The notes under the pieces were generated by a model. That model saw only the letters and a list, made by a program, of their open reading frames with translations, did not search any database and was not told where the DNA came from. Shown in pieces: positions 38,740 to 46,416 of a stretch of DNA of 64,000 nucleotides. The DNA is from Candidatus Levyibacteriota bacterium. GTDB lineage: Bacteria > Patescibacteriota > Microgenomatia > Levybacterales > UBA12049. The DNA is taken from contig CAWBPM010000002.1 in assembly GCA_963790825.1 (NCBI GenBank), positions 686,980-750,979 of the forward strand, in the 5' to 3' direction. Each line of letters opens with the position of its first letter. Position 1 is the first letter of the stretch. Position numbers and translations under genes: made by a program.

Positions 38740-39045
38740 GTGTTTTTTAGTAACAATAATATATTAAATCTTACTTGTCCGGTCTGTATCCGGTTGGCTT
38801 TTTACGGAGTAGCAATTATTACTATCCTAGTACTTTCTCTTAGCGGAAAACAATTATTAAGTCCGCAGATAGATCTTCGTAGCGTAAAAATCATTCCATC
38901 TATTCATAAAAAAGGTATTCTCGAGACAGATAAAATCTCCCAGATTTCTGCATCTTTTCATATGGTTCCCGAAATTGATGCTGAAGTACTCTTTGCCAAG
39001 CCGTCCCCCATCCTCATCCCTATTTTTACTGCATCATACAAGTAA
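38740..39045 (+). CDS. hypothetical small membrane protein (uncertain)
   Basis: 101-aa ORF, one TM helix, no motif. Confidence 0.25.
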   Translation: MFFSNNNILNLTCPVCIRLAFYGVAIITILVLSLSGKQLLSPQIDLRSVKIIPSIHKKGILETDKISQISASFHMVPEIDAEVLFAKPSPILIPIFTASYK

Positions 39046-39118
39046 TCATTGTTGCCAGATATGCAAAAAATAGATGCTAATGGGTTTATTTTACAAAGCC
39101 ATTTGAGGTAGACTAGAA

Positions 39119-39733
39119 CTACGTTTGATATTCGAGCTTTTTTGCTTGTTCCAGCCACATAAAATATCTTCTGACTGCGGCACATTTTCTGTTAATTGAT
39201 GAAAAGGAATATACTTGTTGTTTTACCAGATAATCTTCATATGAGGCAATAACATTGTCGCTGATATAATTCAGGAGGTAAAAATGAATTGCCGAACCTT
39301 TGTAGGAAGTTCCCATTTTGGTAATCCATTTCAGAAATTGCCGCACATCAATACAATAATATTTAATGGTCAAATTCGACGCGTTATATACTTTCAGATA
39401 ATAAGCAAATTCATCCATTTCCGCAAAATCTTTTTTTTGCGGTTTTGCATAAAGAGAGGTAATTATATTATGTTTGACCATTCCTTCTTCCTGTAGGTAT
39501 TGAAAAAACCTTCGCAAAGAGGAAATATGCCGATTCAGAGAAAGCTGCGAAAGTTTTTTAGTTTTTAAGTATTGTTTAATATGTTCCTGTGAAATTTTTT
39601 TAGGCGAAAAAGATGTATGACTCGTATTCTCATACCAATGGATAAATTGCGCTACATCGGCAAGATAATTTTTAACTGTTAATTTAGAAAGCTTTTGCTT
39701 AATGAGTAAATAAATACGAAACTGTTGTGTCAT
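39119..39733 (-). CDS. tandem phage-integrase N-terminal SAM-like (core-binding) domain protein, no catalytic domain
   Basis: 204 aa with two copies of the XerC/D-type N-terminal core-binding pattern (…LSLNRHISSLRRFFQYL… and …INRKCAAVRRYFMWL…); no RHRY catalytic domain. Confidence 0.5.
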   Translation of the reverse strand: MTQQFRIYLLIKQKLSKLTVKNYLADVAQFIHWYENTSHTSFSPKKISQEHIKQYLKTKKLSQLSLNRHISSLRRFFQYLQEEGMVKHNIITSLYAKPQKKDFAEMDEFAYYLKVYNASNLTIKYYCIDVRQFLKWITKMGTSYKGSAIHFYLLNYISDNVIASYEDYLVKQQVYSFSSINRKCAAVRRYFMWLEQAKKLEYQT

Positions 39734-39819
39734 GATAAATTCCTAATATTAATATAGTCTGACACAACGGAAAAAATTTTTCAAGATAGGTAAATTATTA
39801 ATAAGAAGTATTAAAGAAT

Positions 39820-40449
39820 CTATAAAGCGGTAAGTGCGAAAATTCCCATGGAGATTCCCAGAATCGTACCGCCGATAACATCCGATGTCCAGTGTTCTCC
39901 TAAATAAACCCGCGAAACAAGCATAGTAAAATCATAGAGAATAAGAATAACAAGAAGTAGTATCTTTATTTGAAAGGATACTTTTTTTAAGCGCCAAATA
40001 ATAACTCCCAATATAATCGATAAAAATAGTGTCCGCGCGCTGTGTCCCGACGGATAAGAAAAATCAGCTGAAACATATAGTTGAGGAAAATTTACCAGGC
40101 TTTCTGTTCGCAGCATAAAATGCGGCGGCGGCGGATGGTCAACAAATAATTTACCGAAAATTTCAAACAAATGAAAAAAACCAAAAAGAAAAAGGATCCA
40201 GAAACTTCGCCATTTCCGAAGAAATATAAGTATTATTGCAGTAAGCAGAACTGCTGATGTTTCAAAATTGCCTAAAATACTAAAAAAAGAAAAAATACCG
40301 TCAAACCGCCTGTTAATATGGTCCTGTAACCGAACGGTTGTATTAAAATCAAGACTCGTAAAAAGATTCCTGTGAACTAAAAATGAGAAAAGAAGAAAGA
40401 TTAGAAAAAAACCTACTGCTCCGAGAATTATTTGCCAGCGTTTTTTCAT
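39820..40449 (-). CDS. PAP2-family phosphatase (phosphatidic acid / undecaprenyl-diphosphate phosphatase type)
   Basis: 209 aa membrane protein with PAP2 motifs PSGHSARTLF and SRVYLGEHWTSDVIGG. Confidence 0.7.
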   Translation of the reverse strand: MKKRWQIILGAVGFFLIFLLFSFLVHRNLFTSLDFNTTVRLQDHINRRFDGIFSFFSILGNFETSAVLLTAIILIFLRKWRSFWILFLFGFFHLFEIFGKLFVDHPPPPHFMLRTESLVNFPQLYVSADFSYPSGHSARTLFLSIILGVIIWRLKKVSFQIKILLLVILILYDFTMLVSRVYLGEHWTSDVIGGTILGISMGIFALTAL

Positions 40450-40501
40450 TAATTAATCATAGCATGGAAACAGATTTTATTCCAAGAAGAAGCATGAGTT
40501 C

Positions 40502-41398
40502 TTATTTAATCTTTAGCTCTTTGAGGTATTTTTTGAAATCCTGGCTAAGTTCTGGATGATCCATACCAAACTCAACAACAGTCTTTAAATATTCAAGCTT
40601 ATTACCGGTATCATAATACTTTCCACCTTTAATCTTACTCGCAAGAACGTGTTTTTTGTCAGCCAGCATTAATTTAAGCGCATCATTATAGTACAGCTCT
40701 TCGCCCGGCTTGAGATTTGCCAGAGCCTGATCTAAGTAATTAAAAATATCGGGTGTAAAAATAGAACCTGAAACATTTGCCAGATTTGACGGTGCGTTTT
40801 CTTTTCCCGGCTTTTCAATAAGTGTTTCAACGTCAATCAGCCCTTCCCTCAGCTCTTTCCCGCCTGCTATTCCATATCGATCATAATCTTCGTCCTTCGT
40901 CACCTCAATACTCCCAAGTACCGACCAACCATACTCTTCGTAAACTTCAATTAATTGCTGAAAGCGGGATTTAGGTGTTGCTTTAATAAAATCGTCACTC
41001 CAAGTATAGATAAATGGCTCATCTCCGACGATTTGTCTGACATTCAGAAGCGGCGTACCATTACCATACGGGCCTTTTTGCCGGACATAGACGAAGTTGG
41101 CCATATTTGCTATTTTTTCAGTCTGTTCAAGAAGCGGCTTTTTCTTCTCTCCACCCATTCGCAGATTCTCAACCAGTTCCAGACTTGGACGGTCAAAATG
41201 ATCTTCGATTGAGCGCTTGTGATATCCAGTAACAATAATAATGTCTTCAATACCGGCATTTACCAGCTCTTCAACGATATACTGAATGATAGGCTTATCG
41301 ACAATCGGCAGCATTTCTTTAGGCATGGCTTTCGTTTGCGGAAGGAAACGTGTTCCAAAACCAGCGGCGGGAATCACAGCTTTTCTTATTTTTTTCAT
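40502..41398 (-). CDS. galU: UTP--glucose-1-phosphate uridylyltransferase
   Basis: 298 aa; MKKIRKAVIPAAGFGTRFLPQTKAMPKEMLPIVDKPIIQY... is the canonical GalU N-terminus. Confidence 0.85.
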   Translation of the reverse strand: MKKIRKAVIPAAGFGTRFLPQTKAMPKEMLPIVDKPIIQYIVEELVNAGIEDIIIVTGYHKRSIEDHFDRPSLELVENLRMGGEKKKPLLEQTEKIANMANFVYVRQKGPYGNGTPLLNVRQIVGDEPFIYTWSDDFIKATPKSRFQQLIEVYEEYGWSVLGSIEVTKDEDYDRYGIAGGKELREGLIDVETLIEKPGKENAPSNLANVSGSIFTPDIFNYLDQALANLKPGEELYYNDALKLMLADKKHVLASKIKGGKYYDTGNKLEYLKTVVEFGMDHPELSQDFKKYLKELKIK

Positions 41399-41546
41399 AT
41401 TATAAATACTATAAGTTGATATTAATTATATCTCATTTATTATCTGATAGCAATACTTTACACAGGATTGGTAATCTGATAAAATGTTCCAACTACTCCT
41501 AAGTTGTGGAGTAGATTTTTAGTGAACATTAAAAGTAAGATTATAT

Positions 41547-41738
41547 ATGACAACACCTCAGAAATTTTTACTAGAAGCGCGTGATGAGCTGAGAAAAGTT
41601 GTCTGGCCGACACGAGCAGAAATTATCAGACTAACATTGGTTGTTCTAACTATTAGTCTTTTGGTCGGTCTTTATATCGGCGTGTTGGATTATGTATTTG
41701 CAAAAATTGTAGAATTTATTATTAGTTTAAGAAAATAA
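41547..41738 (+). CDS. secE: preprotein translocase subunit SecE
   Basis: 63 aa; ELRKVVWPTRAEI then a single TM helix; immediately precedes nusG. Confidence 0.8.
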   Translation: MTTPQKFLLEARDELRKVVWPTRAEIIRLTLVVLTISLLVGLYIGVLDYVFAKIVEFIISLRK

Positions 41739-41739
41739 T

Positions 41740-42306
41740 ATGGATCAAGTAGCAGTAAAAGAAGAAAAGAACATTAATTCGGAAAACGGTAAATGGTATA
41801 TCGTACACACGTATGCCGGACATGAAAATAAAGTGGCCAAAAACCTCATGCAGCGGGTTGAATCCATGGGTTTTGAAGAGAGAATTTTTGAGGTAATCGT
41901 CCCGACACGTAATACTATTAAAGTAACACAAGGCAAGAAAGAAACTGTTAAAGAGAAAATTTTTCCTGGCTACGTTCTCATTAAAATGATTTTGAATGAT
42001 GAATCCTGGCTGCTGGTTCGAAGCACTCAAGGTGTTACTGCTTTTATCGGTGCAGCCAATAAGCCAACACCGATTTCTGAGAAAGAAGTTGAGGCGATCC
42101 AAAAGTTTATGCAAATGGAAGAGCCGCTCTACAAAGCAGCTTTCTCTATGGGTGAGGCAGTAAAGATCACAGACGGTCCGTTTGCCGATTTTTTAGGAAC
42201 AATTGATAATATTGACGAGGCGCGCGGAAAACTGCGCGTTTTAGTTAGTATCTTTGGTCGTGAGACACCGGTCGAGCTTGATTTTTTACAAGTTAAAAAA
42301 ATCTAA
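41740..42306 (+). CDS. nusG: transcription termination/antitermination factor NusG
   Basis: 188 aa; NGN domain (WYIVHTYAGHENKVAKNL) and KOW (GEAVKITDGPFADFLGTI). Confidence 0.9.
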   Translation: MDQVAVKEEKNINSENGKWYIVHTYAGHENKVAKNLMQRVESMGFEERIFEVIVPTRNTIKVTQGKKETVKEKIFPGYVLIKMILNDESWLLVRSTQGVTAFIGAANKPTPISEKEVEAIQKFMQMEEPLYKAAFSMGEAVKITDGPFADFLGTIDNIDEARGKLRVLVSIFGRETPVELDFLQVKKI

Positions 42307-42310
42307 ATAT

Positions 42311-42601
42311 ATGGAAAAAGAAGAATTTATAACAGAAAAAGCATTGCAGCAACTTTCCGGCGATCATGTTCTAAGTGCCCATAGAATACTGCGACTTGGG
42401 AATATAGAACTACCATTTGGTCCATATAGAGTTGTTGAGACAAGACCAGAGACTGACAGAAGATATTATTCTGAGCCGCAAGCAATGTATCCATCATATA
42501 CGACAATTATTGCACAAGTTCCAGGAGCTAGATCGGCAGAAGAAGCTCTTGCCAGGTATAACAGTCATCATGGGAGAAAAGATCATGTTAAAAAGGTTTA
42601 A
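42311..42601 (+). CDS. hypothetical small protein inserted between nusG and rplK
   Basis: 96-aa ORF starting at the ATG 5 nt after the nusG stop (the ORF-track version starting at 42254 overlaps nusG and is likely over-extended); no homology recognised. Confidence 0.4.
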   Translation: MEKEEFITEKALQQLSGDHVLSAHRILRLGNIELPFGPYRVVETRPETDRRYYSEPQAMYPSYTTIIAQVPGARSAEEALARYNSHHGRKDHVKKV

Positions 42602-42605
42602 TTAA

Positions 42606-42636
42606 TTCTGAATTATAAATTTTGAATTCTAAATTA
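42606..42636. repeat. same repeat element in the rplK 5' leader
   Basis: TTCTGAATTATAAATTTTGAATTCTAAATTA; related 8-periodic copies at 43090-43112 (rplA leader), 44101-44160 (rplJ leader), 44840-44915 (rplL leader). Confidence 0.5.
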
Positions 42637-42643
42637 TTAAAGT

Positions 42644-43069
42644 ATGGCTAAAAAAATTAAAACAATCATTAAACTAAATATTCCGGCCGGAGCCGCGACG
42701 CCTGCACCGCCTGTTGGACCGGCTCTAGGTCAACACGGACTGCCGATTATGGAGTTTGTGAAAGCGTATAACGATAGAACTCAGGACCAAAAAGGCAATA
42801 TTTTACCGGTCGTGATTACGGTATTTGAAGACCGCACATTTACTTTTATTACAAAAAAACCGCCGGTTGCCGAGATGATTAAAAAAGCCATGAGCCGGGA
42901 AAAAGGTTCACAAAAGCCGGGACGTGAGAAAGCAGGGACAATTTCCCTATCTCAAGCACGAAAAATTGCTGAAGATAAGCTTGAAGATCTAAACACTACC
43001 AATGTCGATCAGGCAGTAAAAGTCGTTATGGGCACAGCCCGGTCAATGGGCGTAGAAGTAGCAGGTTAA
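42644..43069 (+). CDS. rplK: 50S ribosomal protein L11
   Basis: [43 protein letters not shown]..., canonical L11. Confidence 0.9.
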   Translation: MAKKIKTIIKLNIPAGAATPAPPVGPALGQHGLPIMEFVKAYNDRTQDQKGNILPVVITVFEDRTFTFITKKPPVAEMIKKAMSREKGSQKPGREKAGTISLSQARKIAEDKLEDLNTTNVDQAVKVVMGTARSMGVEVAG

Positions 43070-43113
43070 ATGCCAAACAAAAACAAGTATTTAGAAATTA
43101 GAATTTAGAATTT

Positions 43114-43126
43114 CTCCTGAAAGGAG
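43114..43126 (+). promoter_or_regulatory. SD-sequestering hairpin CTCCT-GAA-AGGAG at the rplA ribosome-binding site
   Basis: Anti-SD CTCCT pairs with the AGGAG Shine-Dalgarno 4 nt before the rplA ATG; the same 14-mer TCTCCTGAAAGGAG recurs at 44911-44924 before rplL. Confidence 0.35.
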
Positions 43127-43130
43127 CTTT

Positions 43131-43970
43131 ATGGGAAAAATTAGAATTAAAACACTCGGCGATGAAACAGTCGAAAAAAAACAAAGAGAAGAGGCTCGTC
43201 TCGATCGAGAAGCTAAGCAGGCAAAAAAGCAAGCAGAAGCAAAAAAAATCGAAGCCGAAAAAGAAATGGGGCAAAAAGCCGAAGAGGTAAAAGTTACTGA
43301 AGCTCCTAAGTCTCAGGAGAAAGCAGCTAGTAGTGAAGAAAAGAAAAAAACAGTAAAGAAAAAGTTTGCTTTGAAAAGAGCGCAAAAGCATGGTGTAAAT
43401 TATGTAAACGTCGCGAAATTGGTAGAAAAAAACAAATCGTACTCCTTAGCTGAAGCACTTGTTGTTTTGCCGAAACTGAAACGGGCGAAGTTTGATGAAA
43501 CAGTCGAGCTACATATTAATACAACTCAGGCAGTTTCCGGCAATATGACACTTCCCCACGGAACCGGTAAGAAAATGCGCGTTGCGATCGCGGATGACGA
43601 CGTAATTGCCAAAGTTAGCAGTGGAAAAATTGATTTTGATATTCTTCTTGCTCAGCCGCAAATGATGCCAAAATTGGCAAAAGTTGCCCGTATCTTAGGC
43701 CCGAAGGGCTTGATGCCAAATCCAAAAAACGGCACAATAACAGCAAAACCTGAAGAAGTAGCAAAGAAATATGAAGGCGGCCAAATTAATTTTAAGTCAG
43801 AAGCGAAGTTTCCCATCCTTCATCTGACAGTAGGAAAACTCTCTTTTGCTGAAAAAAAGCTTGGGGAAAATATTGAAACAGCAATCAGAGCAGTCGGATC
43901 GCAAAATATTAAGACTTTAACATTAAAATCTACTATGAGTCCGGGAATCAAACTCAATCCTTTATTGTAA
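43131..43970 (+). CDS. rplA: 50S ribosomal protein L1 with a K/E-rich N-terminal extension of about 75 aa
   Basis: 279 aa; residues about 76-279 align with canonical L1 (…VAKLVEKNKSYSLAEALVVLPKLKRAKFDETVELHINT…GKKMRVAI…); residues 1-75 are lysine/glutamate-rich low complexity (KKQREEARLDREAKQAKKQAEAKKIEAEKE…). Confidence 0.85.
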   Translation: MGKIRIKTLGDETVEKKQREEARLDREAKQAKKQAEAKKIEAEKEMGQKAEEVKVTEAPKSQEKAASSEEKKKTVKKKFALKRAQKHGVNYVNVAKLVEKNKSYSLAEALVVLPKLKRAKFDETVELHINTTQAVSGNMTLPHGTGKKMRVAIADDDVIAKVSSGKIDFDILLAQPQMMPKLAKVARILGPKGLMPNPKNGTITAKPEEVAKKYEGGQINFKSEAKFPILHLTVGKLSFAEKKLGENIETAIRAVGSQNIKTLTLKSTMSPGIKLNPLL

Positions 43971-44100
43971 AAATACTTTCTTCCTTGCGCGAATCCAAAT
44001 AATCTGCTATTATAGTCAAGTCCAAAGACAGCAAGCGACGGGAAATGACCCAGTACCTTTGGGTACAGAAAAATAAGCCTTGCCGAGGAACGCAAAGAAT

Positions 44101-44160
44101 TCAGAGTTATGAATTCTTAATTCAGAATTAAATTATGAATTTTGAATTATAGATTCTGAA
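44101..44160. repeat. same repeat family, extended copy in the rplA-rplJ spacer
   Basis: …GAATTCAGAGTTATGAATTCTTAATTCAGAATTAAATTATGAATTTTGAATTATAGATTCTGAATTAAA…; 8-bp periodic (T)TNTGAATT units, shares GAATTTTGAATTATA with the 18641 copy. Confidence 0.45.
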
Positions 44161-44168
44161 TTAAACTG

Positions 44169-44190
44169 GCTCCTCAAAGGAGCTTTTTTT
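44169..44190 (+). terminator. hairpin plus U-tract (attenuator/terminator) in the rplA-rplJ intergenic leader
   Basis: GCTCC-TCAAA-GGAGC followed by T7; immediately followed by a 12-codon uORF (44191-44229, MSFCEKSEPPKL) and then the rplJ ATG. Confidence 0.4.
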
Positions 44191-44235
44191 ATGAGCTTTT
44201 GTGAAAAAAGCGAACCCCCGAAGCTTTAACGAAAG

Positions 44236-44826
44236 ATGGGTGAATACTTTTATAATATTATGGATAAAATAAGTACAAACAGACAAAAGAAAGAAGCGAT
44301 CGTCGCTGAGGTTTCTGAAAAAGTTCAGCGGGCTCGTGGCATGGTCTTTGCCAATTATCAAGGACTTACCCACCACCAGCTTGAAAGTATTAAAAAAGCT
44401 GCCAGATCGGTCGAAGCAGAATTCGTGGCGACAAAAAATACGCTCCTTCTGAGGACTTTGAAAGATAAAAATTTAACTGATGATGAGAAAAAACACTTTA
44501 AACGCCCGACGGCAACACTTTTTATGTACAATGATGTGGTCGAACCTCTGAAACAGCTTGCGAAAACGATTAAAGAATTGCAGATGCCGGTTGTTAAATT
44601 CGCTATTATTTCCCGCGAAGCGGGATCCGACTCCGCCAGAGAAGGGTTTCAGGTACTAGCAGCTGATCAGGTAATGAGACTTTCTACTTTACCGCCACTT
44701 CCCGTTCTTCGCGCGCAGCTTTTAGGACAAATGAACTCCCCGATTCAGGGTTTACATAGAGCACTGCAGTGGAATCTTAAGTCTCTTGTTATGACACTAG
44801 ATGCTATTGTTCAAAAAAAACAGTAA
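44236..44826 (+). CDS. rplJ: 50S ribosomal protein L10
   Basis: …MDKISTNRQKKEAIVAEVSEKVQRARGMVFANYQGLTHHQLESIKKAARSVEAEFVATKNTLLLRTL… is canonical L10; by alignment the second ATG at 44260 may be the true start. Confidence 0.85.
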   Translation: MGEYFYNIMDKISTNRQKKEAIVAEVSEKVQRARGMVFANYQGLTHHQLESIKKAARSVEAEFVATKNTLLLRTLKDKNLTDDEKKHFKRPTATLFMYNDVVEPLKQLAKTIKELQMPVVKFAIISREAGSDSAREGFQVLAADQVMRLSTLPPLPVLRAQLLGQMNSPIQGLHRALQWNLKSLVMTLDAIVQKKQ

Positions 44827-44931
44827 TTTTCAGTTTCTAATTTTTAATTTTCATTGAATGAATTAATTTTTAAACATTTAGTAATTGATTATTGATTGAG
44901 AATTGATAATTCTCCTGAAAGGAGGTGTATT

Positions 44932-45327
44932 ATGGCAAATAAATTAACTAAGGAACAACTTATGGAAGCAATCGGGGAGATGTCTGTTTTGGAACTTTCT
45001 GACTTGGTGAAGGCACTGGAGGAAAAATTCGGTGTTTCAAGTGCAGTAATGGCGACTCCTGCAGCTAGCACAAACGCAGTCGCGTCTGACGCGACAGCCC
45101 CGGCAGAAGAACAAACTGTATTTAATGTTGTTCTTGCAAGTTCCGGAGCACAGAAAATTGCAGTTATTAAAGCACTTCGCGAACTCGTCCCGACACTTGG
45201 TCTTAAGGAAGCAAAAGACCTAGTCGACGGCGCGCCAAAAGAAGTTATGGCTCAAGTCAATAAGAAAACAGCTGAAGAAGCGAAAACAAAATTAACAACC
45301 GCCGGTGCAACAGTTGAGTTGAAGTAA
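44932..45327 (+). CDS. rplL: 50S ribosomal protein L7/L12
   Basis: [36 protein letters not shown]…Ala-rich hinge…[14 protein letters not shown]; AAGGAGG SD 5 nt upstream (the ORF-track start at 44896 is over-extended). Confidence 0.9.
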   Translation: MANKLTKEQLMEAIGEMSVLELSDLVKALEEKFGVSSAVMATPAASTNAVASDATAPAEEQTVFNVVLASSGAQKIAVIKALRELVPTLGLKEAKDLVDGAPKEVMAQVNKKTAEEAKTKLTTAGATVELK

Positions 45328-46416
45328 TATATTACCTCGTCAATTATTATCTGAAAAATATTTTTGATAAAAGGCGAGGTAATATTGTATAAATACTGTT
45401 ATTCCTCTTCCCTATCTTCAAATTTGCCTCTTGGTAGATATAGTTAATTATCAGTCAATATCTTGTATATTTCTTTATATTATTATTCCAAGTAATGTAA
45501 TATTTATTGAGTAAAATTATGCAGCAATTTGTCTAAGCCTGTATTTCAGTCTTTCAGGCTTATAAAATCGTATTAGATCAGCCTGACTCTCTCAATTTTT
45601 CTGAACTATACTTTTTTAGCTGTCCTTATTAGGTATTTTTAGCCTTTATTTCCCATAATTAAAGAAATATCCATGTTTATACCTACTATAAATCGTGTCT
45701 CTGTGAAAACTCAAAAAATCAGAAAATTGCGAAAGATCCGTTTAGTTCAATTATTTGTTCATTTTCTGCTGGTTTTTATCTAATCTAAGACATAGGATGA
45801 CCAAAAGTACCACAAAAAACTGTTCAGCGCTCCCCCAAATAATTCCCGAAAAACTCTTTGCAGCGTTTATGTGAAAATTCGGTAAAAACTTAATTCCCGA
45901 AAACTATCTTGTCATTTTGGGAGGACTGAAAGCTATTTTGTCATGCTGGAGCAAAGCGATAGCATCTTCTTAATGAGAGACTCTATCGCCACATTCAGTT
46001 TACATGAACGTGACTCCAGAATAACATGACTAGCACTTATTTTATATTACAGTCTTGTCTTAGTAGCGAGAGATAAAATACATCTTTCCCTAAACGACGC
46101 GTCCTAGGGCATCCTGGAGGTTTTTAGCTTCGAAATTATTGTAGATTTTTGTAGTTTAACCGCTTTTTGAAAAGACTTTTACGAAATCCGCCTTCCTTCA
46201 TATGTTTTTCCTTCAATGAGGTTATAAGTTTATCTATCAGATAATTCGTCTATTTCTCTTATCTCCCCTATCTCCTTAAGGTGTTCCTGTTAACGGGCCT
46301 GCCCCGTTACTGGTCATCCTGGCCCCTAGGTCTTTAGTCTAGGGATCTAAGGACTTGACCAGGATTTACAACTTGATTCTGGAGTCGTCGCGTTTCTTCT
46401 CCCCAGAATGACGATA

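Noticed and set aside
42254-42310. Extended start of the small ORF at 42254 (MVVRHRSSLIFYKLKKSKY…) overlapping the 3' end of nusG
   Set aside because: An in-frame ATG at 42311 lies 5 nt after the nusG stop. The upstream extension overlaps nusG coding sequence and is probably not translated.
45328-46416. Checked the 1.1-kb spacer for tmRNA, RNase P RNA, SRP RNA and 6S RNA
   Set aside because: No conserved signature strings were found (no GGAAAGTCCGG P4-like motif, no tmRNA tag ORF or tRNA-like end, no SRP GGAAGCAGCC motif). It is kept only as an unassigned structured region.
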